The position numbers were made by a program, and so were the translations under genes. From Planctomycetes bacterium RIFCSPLOWO2_12_FULL_50_35 (GTDB taxonomy: Bacteria > Planctomycetota > Brocadiia > Brocadiales > Bathyanammoxibiaceae): a stretch of 59,733 nucleotides of DNA. The notes under the pieces were generated by a model, which saw nothing but the letters and a program-made list of their open reading frames with translations, was not told where the DNA came from and searched no databases. Shown here piece after piece: positions 19,513 to 27,723 of this stretch. Positions within the stretch are counted from its first letter, which is position 1. Each line of letters opens with the position of its first letter. The stretch lies in the NCBI GenBank assembly GCA_001828605.1, contig MHZB01000026.1, forward strand, positions 1 to 59,733. The letters run 5' to 3'.

Positions 19513-20865
19513 ATGTTTTCTCGGGTGTTAATCGCAAACAGAGGAGAGATAGCGCTTAGAATAATCAGGGCTTGTAAAGAATTAGGCGTAGAGACGGTAG
19601 CTGTTTGCTCAAAAGCGGACGAAGGGGCCGAGTACCTGAAATTAGCCGATAATACTGTGTGTATCGGTCCTTCATCGCCGGAGCAGAGCTATCTTAACGT
19701 GCCGAGCATAATCAGTGCTGCAGAGATAACAGACGTAGAAGCGATCCATCCCGGGTACGGTTTTCTTTCAGAGGCAAGCCATTTTGCCGAGATCTGCGAG
19801 TCCTCTAACATCACCTTTATAGGCCCATCCGCAAAGACCCTCAAGATGATGGGAGACAAGGCGGAGGCCAGACGGGTGGCTGTTGCGAACAAGGTCCCCG
19901 TCTTGCCCGGCAGCGAGTCTACCGTGACGGGCCAGCAAGAGGCGCTGGGCATAGCTCATAAGATAGGCTATCCGGTGCTTATAAAGGCTGCGGCGGGCGG
20001 CGGGGGTAGGGGGATAAGAATTGCCCACAACGATGCCAGCCTTGTGAGCTCTATGGCCGTTGCCCAGAGAGAATCCGAGACCGCTTTTAAGGACTCATCG
20101 CTTTATATTGAGAAGTTTATCGAACATGCGTGCCATGTAGAGGTGCAGATTCTCGCTGACCAGCACGGCAACATTATTCACCTTGGCGAGAGAGATTGCA
20201 GCCTGCAGCGGCGACATCAAAAGCTTTTGGAGGAGACACCATCTCCAAGCATATCGCAGCATCAAAGGTCTGAGTTGTATAAGACCGCTGTCAAGCTGGC
20301 AAAGGCCGTAAACTATGTGAATGCAGGTACTGTGGAGTTCCTGGTTAACAAGCAGGATGGAAAATTCTATTTTATAGAGATGAACACCAGGTTGCAGGTT
20401 GAACACCCCGTAACAGAGATGGTTAGCGGAGTAGACCTGGTTAAGGAACAGCTAAGGATTGCATCCGGGGAACACCTTGGGCACAGACAAAAACAGATAA
20501 CCCTTAACGGGGTAGCTATTGAGTGCCGCATTTATGCAGAGGACCCAGATAATGGCTTCCGTCCCCAGCCCGGCAGGATCACAGTGTACCATGTCCCTGG
20601 TGGAAACGGTGTAAGGATAGACTCACACGTCCACCAAGGTTATGAGATACCATCCTATTACGACTCCATGATAGGAAAACTGATAGTACATCAGGGTACA
20701 CGACAGGAGGCTGTTGCGTGCCTGAAGCGTGCCCTCAACGAATACCGTATAGAGGGTGTAAAGACTACTATCCCCCTTCATTTAAGGATATTAAATCATC
20801 CTAACTATCTAAACGGCGACGTAGACACTGCGTTTGTTGAAAGATTATTGATGAACGGGGGGTAA
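19513..20865 (+). CDS. accC: acetyl-CoA carboxylase biotin carboxylase subunit
   Basis: 450 aa. MFSRVLIANRGEIALRIIRA, ATP-grasp GGGGRGIR, EMNTRLQVEHPVTE. Confidence 0.95.
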   Translation: MFSRVLIANRGEIALRIIRACKELGVETVAVCSKADEGAEYLKLADNTVCIGPSSPEQSYLNVPSIISAAEITDVEAIHPGYGFLSEASHFAEICESSNITFIGPSAKTLKMMGDKAEARRVAVANKVPVLPGSESTVTGQQEALGIAHKIGYPVLIKAAAGGGGRGIRIAHNDASLVSSMAVAQRESETAFKDSSLYIEKFIEHACHVEVQILADQHGNIIHLGERDCSLQRRHQKLLEETPSPSISQHQRSELYKTAVKLAKAVNYVNAGTVEFLVNKQDGKFYFIEMNTRLQVEHPVTEMVSGVDLVKEQLRIASGEHLGHRQKQITLNGVAIECRIYAEDPDNGFRPQPGRITVYHVPGGNGVRIDSHVHQGYEIPSYYDSMIGKLIVHQGTRQEAVACLKRALNEYRIEGVKTTIPLHLRILNHPNYLNGDVDTAFVERLLMNGG

Positions 20866-21092
20866 TTTCTGCAGGTATTACACGAACCTCTTGGATAAAG
20901 CCCACAAGACCTCACAAAAAATCTGCCGTGAGAAAAATATGCCCATGGCGCCAGATTTTAATTTTGGAGACTGAGACATACAGGAATAAAAAATACAGAG
21001 AAGGACAAATGGGCGGGAAGGACGAGAGGGAGAGCGGAGTAAGGGAAACGTAGGGTCACGTTCTTTTAAGGAAATGGGAAGAGGGGTTGAAG

Positions 21093-21461
21093 ATGATTGG
21101 GATGACCAGGTTGATTAGAGGATTGTGCGTTTTTGTCATTATGCCATGCCTTACGGTGGTGCTGACTTTTGGAACACTGCCGGTCTCCAGTTCGATAAGT
21201 CTGGCAGGAGAGACAAGCGGGGAGAAAGTATATCTAACGGTTCAAGGTGTCGCAACGGATGCTGACGCTGAGGCAATCAAATCGGCTTTGGCGCAGATGC
21301 CGGGTATCAAGAGCTGCAAAATAGACCCGAAGAGAGGCGTTGTTGAACTTACAGTAACGGAAGATGCAGACCTCGAGGCCGTTGTAGATGCCATAGAAGG
21401 AGGCGGTTATACGGTTGTTAATGTAATGTACGAAGAAGGAGATGGAGAGGATTATGAATAA
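21093..21461 (+). CDS. secreted HMA-fold (ferredoxin-like) domain protein lacking the CxxC metal site
   Basis: Signal/TM N-terminus, then VYLTVQGVATDADAEAIKSALAQMPGIKSCKIDPKRGVVELTV...AIEGGGYTV. This follows the HMA pattern, with GMxCxxC replaced by GVATDAD. Confidence 0.55.
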   Translation: MIGMTRLIRGLCVFVIMPCLTVVLTFGTLPVSSSISLAGETSGEKVYLTVQGVATDADAEAIKSALAQMPGIKSCKIDPKRGVVELTVTEDADLEAVVDAIEGGGYTVVNVMYEEGDGEDYE

Positions 21462-21698
21462 GGAGTAAAGCTTAGCGGGCGTAGTATATACACCCTGTTG
21501 CCTTAACTCCTTTATTTGGTTTTTAGGGATTTATGGATGATGTAAACAACAGGACCCCTGCAAAAGTCAAAAGCTTGGGTCTATCGGCCGTGTCAATTGG
21601 TATTTAGGATGTTTAGTGGCATTACTCCCCCGGCGACACGGTTGCCGTACACTTATAGAGGTCTTGCCTACTTATCGAACTGCGTGTTTATTTTTCAC

Positions 21699-21727
21699 TT
21701 GACTATCTTTTTGGGCTTTGCTAGTAT
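21699..21727 (+). promoter_or_regulatory. sigma-70-like promoter of the haem-c/cytochrome-b module
   Basis: TTGACT, 17-nt spacer, TAGTAT, about 90 nt upstream of ATG 21817. Confidence 0.55.
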
Positions 21728-21816
21728 TTTTTCCCTTCCATTTTGAATCTTCCATAAAATAAAAAAGGAAGCCGACGTTGGGCCCTGCCCAATTGAATTC
21801 GAAAGGAGAAGGATAA

Positions 21817-22581
21817 ATGTTTGTTGGTAGATTTGCAGCATTCCTTTTAATCACTTTGGTAGGTACGTTTCTGGTCCTTGCACCCACGTCTTCAGTTGAA
21901 GCTGCGGATAAACAAAAATATAAGTATACAGGGAACAAGGGTTGTAAGTGCCACCTGTCTCCCGGTGTTTGGGAGGGCGATGAGTGGAAGCAGATAGACC
22001 ATTCCAAGGCATTCAAGAGACTCCAGACTGACGAGGAGAAGAAGGACCCCAAATGTCTCAAGTGCCACACTACAGGCTACGGCGGGAAATTCAAAAACCC
22101 CAAGGAAACTTATCTTGAAGACGTTACCTGTGAGGCCTGTCACGGCCCCGGCGAGGCATACTCGGAGCTGAAGAACAACTACCAGGGCAAGGGCAAAAAG
22201 GCCTTTAACGAACTGCTCGAGAAAGACCCCATGGCGGCCCGCAAGGCGCAGTACGACGCAGGGCTTATTGTTGCCGGTATCAATAACGCATCTGGCAAGG
22301 TCAAGGACCAGTGTCTTGAGTGTCACTGGGAGGATCCTAACGACCCTGAAAAATGTCCGAAGTGCGACAAGGACGACAAAGGTAATCCTATCGCCATGAA
22401 CTTCGATGAGTATTTTAAGAAGGACGATCACAGAGACCTTGATACCATAGACGAGGTCATCAAGAAGATGAGCGATGGGGACAAGGCAAAGTGGAAAGGG
22501 TGCATTGAGAGGGACCCAATCCTTAACACGCCTATAAAGCCGGAAGCCAAGGGAAAGAAGAAAGCGGTAGCAGAGGATTAG
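21817..22581 (+). CDS. soluble tetrahaem cytochrome c with one contracted CXCH site (Kuenenia KsTH/kuste2854-like)
   Basis: 254 aa, signal peptide. Three CXXCH (CLKCH, CEACH, CLECH) plus CKCH, encoded by tgt aag tgc cac at about 21951..21962. First gene of the hzs-associated module. Confidence 0.8.
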   Translation: MFVGRFAAFLLITLVGTFLVLAPTSSVEAADKQKYKYTGNKGCKCHLSPGVWEGDEWKQIDHSKAFKRLQTDEEKKDPKCLKCHTTGYGGKFKNPKETYLEDVTCEACHGPGEAYSELKNNYQGKGKKAFNELLEKDPMAARKAQYDAGLIVAGINNASGKVKDQCLECHWEDPNDPEKCPKCDKDDKGNPIAMNFDEYFKKDDHRDLDTIDEVIKKMSDGDKAKWKGCIERDPILNTPIKPEAKGKKKAVAED

Positions 22582-22638
22582 TATCCGTTGGAATAACCTA
22601 CACAGCTTTGCTGGATAACATAGAGGAGGGTGGGTGTA

Positions 22639-23616
22639 ATGCGTGCAAGGAAGCGAGCGGGAATCTCTGGACTTTCTATTAGTCTACGGTCACTGCTCGC
22701 TTTCTTTTTGTTCTTTGCGTTTTGCAGCGGCGGCCTTGTTATCGCCCAGGAGATTGAGGACTGTATGGAGTGCCACGGCGACCCTGAAAAGGTTGGCAGA
22801 GTTGCGCGTGTAGACAGGGAGACGGGCGAGGTCAAGGTCGTGAACATGCTGGTGGAACAAGATGCATTTATGCAGTCCGCTCACGGCCGCTCAAAAGAAG
22901 GTTTTGTATGCATTGACTGTCATCAGGACCTTGACGGTGTCTACGGGGAGCACAAGCCGCTTTTAAACACCGTTGATTGCATTACCTTCTGTCACGATGA
23001 CCCGGCCGCAGAATTTCTCGAAAGTACCCATGTGGAGCACATGAAGGAGAAGGAGAAGACTCCTCCACGGTGTACGGACTGTCACATGGGGAAAAATTCA
23101 GCGCGAGAGACGCCGGTGGCAGAAGATGCGTTTCACCGCTCCAACGTAAATAAGACATGCGGTCAATGTCACGAGGATTACCTCTTTACTTACTGTACGA
23201 ACATGCACGGCCAGCTTTCAACGCTGGGCGTTCTGACGGACGAAGTGCCGAACTGCTATGACTGTCACGGCGGGCATGACATCCTCAAGTCAGATAACCC
23301 GGACTCCAATGTTGGGGAAAATCATAAAGTAGAGACGTGCGGGAAGTGCCATACGGGTGCAGGTAAAAATTTTGTAAAGCATATCGCTCATCCTGCCTTC
23401 AAGACCCGCAAATTCTATGCGGAGGCATATAAGACATTTACGGAAAAAGGTATCCTGGGAGTCCTTGCAGATCCTCAGTCTTACCTTGCTCTGGTATTCG
23501 TATTGTACATGGGAATAATTGCTCAGGCATTTTCTATGTTCGGAGGCCATGCACTTCTGATGTGGATTAGGACGCTGTTAGACGAGAGAAAGGGCGGGGG
23601 CGGACATGACCACTAA
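22639..23616 (+). CDS. membrane-anchored heptahaem cytochrome c (kuste2855-like)
   Basis: Six CXXCH (CMECH, CIDCH, CTDCH, CGQCH, CYDCH, CGKCH) plus one CX3CH (CITFCH). Signal peptide and a C-terminal TM helix YLALVFVLYMGIIAQAF. GAGGAGGG SD site. Confidence 0.8.
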   Translation: MRARKRAGISGLSISLRSLLAFFLFFAFCSGGLVIAQEIEDCMECHGDPEKVGRVARVDRETGEVKVVNMLVEQDAFMQSAHGRSKEGFVCIDCHQDLDGVYGEHKPLLNTVDCITFCHDDPAAEFLESTHVEHMKEKEKTPPRCTDCHMGKNSARETPVAEDAFHRSNVNKTCGQCHEDYLFTYCTNMHGQLSTLGVLTDEVPNCYDCHGGHDILKSDNPDSNVGENHKVETCGKCHTGAGKNFVKHIAHPAFKTRKFYAEAYKTFTEKGILGVLADPQSYLALVFVLYMGIIAQAFSMFGGHALLMWIRTLLDERKGGGGHDH

Positions 23617-24436
23617 CGGAAAACTATACCAGAGGTTCAGCCCATTTCACAGAATAACTCATTTTCTGTTGATTATAAGTTTCTTTGGTCTGGTGCTGAC
23701 GGGCATGCCCTTGGCCTTTCAAGACCAGGCGTGGGCGCGTTGGCTGTACGAAACCATGGGTGGCCATCCCACCGCCGGTTATATCCATCGCATATGCGCA
23801 GGGATGACGTTCTTCTGCGCCTTTATGCATTTTGCCTATTGCTCATATCTCGCGTTAGTGAAGAGGCATGCAGCGAACATAATCTGGGGTGCGGATGCCA
23901 TTATGATACAGCCAAGGGACGTTAAGGACATTGTTGCGGACCTAAAATGGCTCTTGGGGTTTGGACCACGTCCTGCCTTTGACAGGTGGATATACTGGGA
24001 AAAATTTGAATATCTATCCCTACTGTGGGGCACATTTGTGATGGCCCTTACGGGCCTAATGCTGTGGTTCCCGACGACTTTTTCTATATTCCTGCCTGGC
24101 TGGGCTATTGATATGGGTCTCATTGCCCATAGATACGAGGCAATCCTCGCCGCCGCATTCGTATTTACCATACATTTCATTCATACACACCTGCTTCCGG
24201 AGAAGGTGCCTGTGGACGAGGCCATGTTCACCGGCATCGTGAGCGAAGAGGAGATGCTGCATGAGAGGCCCAGGCATCACAAAAGGCTAAAAGAGGCGAA
24301 TTTACTCAAAAAGTACGAGACCGTACCAAATGTGCCGCTTTCGATAATATCAAAGATAATTGCCGTGCCTTTGCTCTTGATCGGGCTTTTCCTGACAAGC
24401 TTAATGGTTTCGTCACTATTACTTAGCCTGATATAG
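23606..24436 (+). CDS. integral-membrane b-type cytochrome (FdnI/HydC/PhsC-like quinone-interacting subunit; kuste2856-like)
   Basis: 276 aa, 5-6 TM helices with conserved His (HRITHFLL, IHRICAG, HRYEAI, HFIHTH). Overlaps the heptahaem gene by 11 nt. Confidence 0.75.
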   Translation: MTTNGKLYQRFSPFHRITHFLLIISFFGLVLTGMPLAFQDQAWARWLYETMGGHPTAGYIHRICAGMTFFCAFMHFAYCSYLALVKRHAANIIWGADAIMIQPRDVKDIVADLKWLLGFGPRPAFDRWIYWEKFEYLSLLWGTFVMALTGLMLWFPTTFSIFLPGWAIDMGLIAHRYEAILAAAFVFTIHFIHTHLLPEKVPVDEAMFTGIVSEEEMLHERPRHHKRLKEANLLKKYETVPNVPLSIISKIIAVPLLLIGLFLTSLMVSSLLLSLI

Positions 24437-24567
24437 TTTAGTGAGAAAACTGTGCGTATAATCCAGTGGGTCTGGGAGCGCTGGATACTGGTTATTCTGG
24501 GTCACTGCCGATTTTCCAGTACGTTGTAGTACACGCTGGCCTGGGTCAAAAAATCTGGAAAAAATTA

Positions 24568-24595
24568 TTGATTTATTGTGTATTGTGAGTATAAT
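24568..24595 (+). promoter_or_regulatory. strong sigma-70-like promoter ahead of the Cys-rich gene and hzsCBA
   Basis: TTGATT, 16-nt spacer, TATAAT, about 55 nt upstream of GTG 24653. Confidence 0.6.
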
Positions 24596-24652
24596 TGACG
24601 ACCACCTAACCTGAAACTGCCTGGAATAATAAAAAAGGAGGGGGGTGAGAAA

Positions 24653-25174
24653 GTGAAAAAGTTTGGAGTAATAAGCCTAATTGTGCTTCTTGCCTTCTGT
24701 TTTGTTGCTTCACAAGTAGTGCTGGCTGAGGAGAAGCCCTGCCCGAAGGCAAAAATCCTGAAGAAATTCTGGTGTGAACAGTGTAAAGAGGTCAGTGAAT
24801 TTTCGGACTGCTCAAACCAGGAATACATGTGGAACACTGCGGAACACAAAGCAAAAGAAGCGAATCCCCATTCGAATTTACCGCAAACATGGTCTTGTGC
24901 GACCGCAGGTTATTACTGCATAAAGTGTGGTAGGTGCTATCCAAAGCCCGGTATTTGTCTTGACTGCAACGATGATACGGAAAGCAGGAAGAGCTTCTCA
25001 AAGATATTGTTCAAGTGTCCAGACGGGCATGAGCACCACGAAGCGGGCACAGGCTTTAAGTTGAAAGAAGGTGCGTACGAAGAAGAGTTGGTGGACGCCG
25101 GTAATTGTCCAACGTGTGGGAAACATCTGGAGATGATTTGTACAAAGTCCGGAACCTGCCCACACACCACATAG
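24653..25174 (+). CDS. secreted Cys-rich protein (multiple CxxC pairs), hypothetical
   Basis: 173 aa. Signal peptide MKKFGVISLIVLLAFCFVASQVVLA. 16 Cys in the mature part, including CEQCK, CIKCGRC, CLDCN, CPTCG. No CXXCH. Strong SD site aaaggagggggg. Confidence 0.65.
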   Translation: MKKFGVISLIVLLAFCFVASQVVLAEEKPCPKAKILKKFWCEQCKEVSEFSDCSNQEYMWNTAEHKAKEANPHSNLPQTWSCATAGYYCIKCGRCYPKPGICLDCNDDTESRKSFSKILFKCPDGHEHHEAGTGFKLKEGAYEEELVDAGNCPTCGKHLEMICTKSGTCPHTT

Positions 25175-25223
25175 CTCGTAGTGTTTTTAGAGTTCATATT
25201 TAAAAAGGAGGAGGGTTCGCTAG

Positions 25224-26363
25224 ATGAAAAAGAAGTCGTTGTGTAGCGGATTACTAAGTGCCGCGGTGCTCTCCTTGGCGCTTATTTTCATACAGACTGC
25301 TGATGCAGGATATATCCAAGGAACCCGCGTACAATCAGAACACCCCTCGCCATTCAGCATTTCGATCTCGCCTGACGGAAATACCCTTGCAGTTGCAAAC
25401 CAGTCGGGCCATAGTGTTACCTTCATAGACGCTAAGAGTCAGAAGGTGACGGGTGAGGTGGCAGTACATGATCAGCCAGAGTCGTCGGTCTTCTCGCGTG
25501 ACGGCAAGACTCTGTACGTCTGCAACGCAGAATCCGACAGCGTCTCAGTGGTTGATGTTGCTTCTAAGAAAGAGACCAAGGAAATTAAGGTAGGTGACTG
25601 GCCTTGCAATATAAAGCTTAGCAAGGACGGTTCCAAGGCCTATGTGTGTTGCTCTGGGAACATGTGGAACACGGTTGACGTCATTGACACCAGCCGCAAC
25701 GAGAGAGCCAGTGTGATTGAACTACCTGATTATGGTCCTAGGGATATTGCCATATCACCTGATGGTGGCACGGCTGCTTGTATTTGCGATACTGCAGGTT
25801 CCATCAACAGGGCCGTATGCTTTATAGACTTGGCCTCAAATAAGGTCGTAGACAGAAGGCCAATCCGTCACAGCGCCAATCTCAGGAGCGTTGTTTACTC
25901 TCCAGATGGACAGTATGTAGCGGTTACATACATGAAGCCGAAGAACTGGCTGCCTGTCTGCGAGGCCGAGAACGGCGAAGTATTTACGAACAATGTGGCC
26001 GTTATAGAGACAAAGCCCCATGGTAAGCTGGCCCAGCTCCCGTTGGACGAGCTTAACAACTACGATGGGACTCCGTACGGTCTGGCGATCGACCCGCAGG
26101 GAAAGTATCTCTACATTGCCGTACGTGGCATGCACAGGGTTACTATCCTGGACTTCGATAAGATTCGTGACATAATGATCAGCAATACCCAAGAGCAGCT
26201 TGACAGCTACACGGATGACCTGGATTTTGTAAACCACTATCTGGTGCAGAGGGTGCCCGTGGGCCTTGGACCAAGCTGGCTTGCACTTTCCCCAGACGGG
26301 AAGTATTGCTACGTGTGCAATTATTTCTCTAACAACGTGTCGGTTATAAAGACACCGTTATAA
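25224..26363 (+). CDS. hzsC: hydrazine synthase beta subunit (seven-bladed YVTN-type beta-propeller)
   Basis: 379 aa, signal peptide. Repeated D.K..YV.N..S..VSV.D blades (AVANQSGHSVTFID, YVCNAESDSVSVVD, YVCNYFSNNVSVI). Positioned immediately before hzsB-hzsA. Confidence 0.8.
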   Translation: MKKKSLCSGLLSAAVLSLALIFIQTADAGYIQGTRVQSEHPSPFSISISPDGNTLAVANQSGHSVTFIDAKSQKVTGEVAVHDQPESSVFSRDGKTLYVCNAESDSVSVVDVASKKETKEIKVGDWPCNIKLSKDGSKAYVCCSGNMWNTVDVIDTSRNERASVIELPDYGPRDIAISPDGGTAACICDTAGSINRAVCFIDLASNKVVDRRPIRHSANLRSVVYSPDGQYVAVTYMKPKNWLPVCEAENGEVFTNNVAVIETKPHGKLAQLPLDELNNYDGTPYGLAIDPQGKYLYIAVRGMHRVTILDFDKIRDIMISNTQEQLDSYTDDLDFVNHYLVQRVPVGLGPSWLALSPDGKYCYVCNYFSNNVSVIKTPL

Positions 26364-26425
26364 GGACTAAGTTAGTCCCTGAAACTGGATTGTGATAGGT
26401 TTTAGGAAAAGGAGGGGAAGATAGA

Positions 26426-27448
26426 ATGCGTAAGACGATTGTATTTCTTGCGATGGCTGCCCTCATGTTGTTCGGCTTTACGGCCGTTGGTGATGTGACG
26501 GCTGGTGAGGCCAAGGTGGTAGCCACCATACAGACTGGACCGGAGTGGACTCCTCCGGAGAGGGGTGAGCCTCTGACCATTCCTGAGGTTCATTACAGGG
26601 TAAAGCACTCTCCGTACAGGAGTGAGCTTGTGCGTTCAGGACAGTTTTTGTTTAACGATGCCAGCTGGGGTCTTCAGGGCGAGTATTCGTGCGCTGCCTG
26701 CCATTACGAGAGGGGACAGTCCACGGGGCTTATATGGGACCTTGGTGACGAGGGCTGGGGCTCCTGGAAGAACGTGAAGTACATCCGGGGGGGCCGTTAT
26801 CTGCCGCCCTTCAGGCACGAGGGTTTCACCGGTCATCCGGACGAGATAGTCGGTGCAACCAGTTCGATTGACAGGGTATGCGGTCGTGACCCTGGTTTTG
26901 TGTTCAGGAGCGAGAACTGGTCAGCAGACAGGCTTGAGGCGCTTATTGCCTACATAAGGAGCCTTGAGTATACCGGAAGTCCTTTCAGGAATGCCGACGG
27001 TTCGCTGACGGAGGTGCAGAAGAGGGGCATGAAGACGTTCTATGACCCCAAGGTAGGATGCGCCAACTGTCATCCTGGCGATCCGATGGACAAGAGAGGC
27101 ATGTTTGGAGACGGGCAGACCCATGATGTGGGGACTGGCCGTGTGGGGAAGTACGGGTTCAGGTCTACGCCTGGCGCCGTGTTTAACACGAAGGCGCTGG
27201 ATGCCGGAGTAGACCCGTATGGTGAGGAATATGACGTGCCGATTATCGGTCTTGATCTGGTGAAGGAGTTTGACACGCCGACGTTGAGGGACAGCTATGC
27301 ATCAGCGCCCTATTTCCACGACGGCAGTGCGCAGTCCTTGATACAGACCATAGACAACTCCGCTACGGAGAAGGACAAGCACGGAGTTACTTCTCATCTG
27401 ACAGAACAGGAACTCCAAGACGTGGTGGAGTTCATGAAGGCGCTATAA
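26426..27448 (+). CDS. hzsB: hydrazine synthase gamma subunit (di-haem, cytochrome c peroxidase/MauG-like)
   Basis: 340 aa, signal peptide. Two CXXCH (CAACH, CANCH). Contains the peptides GWGSWK and QTHDVGT, which I recall as conserved hzsB primer targets. Confidence 0.85.
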   Translation: MRKTIVFLAMAALMLFGFTAVGDVTAGEAKVVATIQTGPEWTPPERGEPLTIPEVHYRVKHSPYRSELVRSGQFLFNDASWGLQGEYSCAACHYERGQSTGLIWDLGDEGWGSWKNVKYIRGGRYLPPFRHEGFTGHPDEIVGATSSIDRVCGRDPGFVFRSENWSADRLEALIAYIRSLEYTGSPFRNADGSLTEVQKRGMKTFYDPKVGCANCHPGDPMDKRGMFGDGQTHDVGTGRVGKYGFRSTPGAVFNTKALDAGVDPYGEEYDVPIIGLDLVKEFDTPTLRDSYASAPYFHDGSAQSLIQTIDNSATEKDKHGVTSHLTEQELQDVVEFMKAL

Positions 27449-27723
27449 AGAGGAGCTAATGTGAAAAGAGAAGACGGTTGGTTACTACTCCTGGACCAGC
27501 CTGACCTCTCTCCTCTCTGAGGTTGCATGCGTAAAAAGGAGGGTTATCGCTTAGACGTTTTTGAGTACAGAGATTGACCTGGGTCGTTAGCTGACCGAAG
27601 ATTCGTTCGTCTAGTGCCTGCCTTTTAAGCTAATGACGGGTAGGGGTCTAAGACGAGAGGGGAAAAGGTAGTCTCTGGTATTATTATGAGTCGGAGCGGA
27701 CTGAAAGGAGGATGTAGCCAACC

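Noticed and set aside
24653-25174. Treating CEQCK in the Cys-rich protein as an NrfA-style CXXCK haem site. Likewise CPKCD in the tetrahaem protein at about 22359
   Set aside because: An isolated CXXCK or CXXCD among many CxxC pairs, with no other haem-protein context, is most simply a zinc or disulfide motif. There is no supporting evidence.
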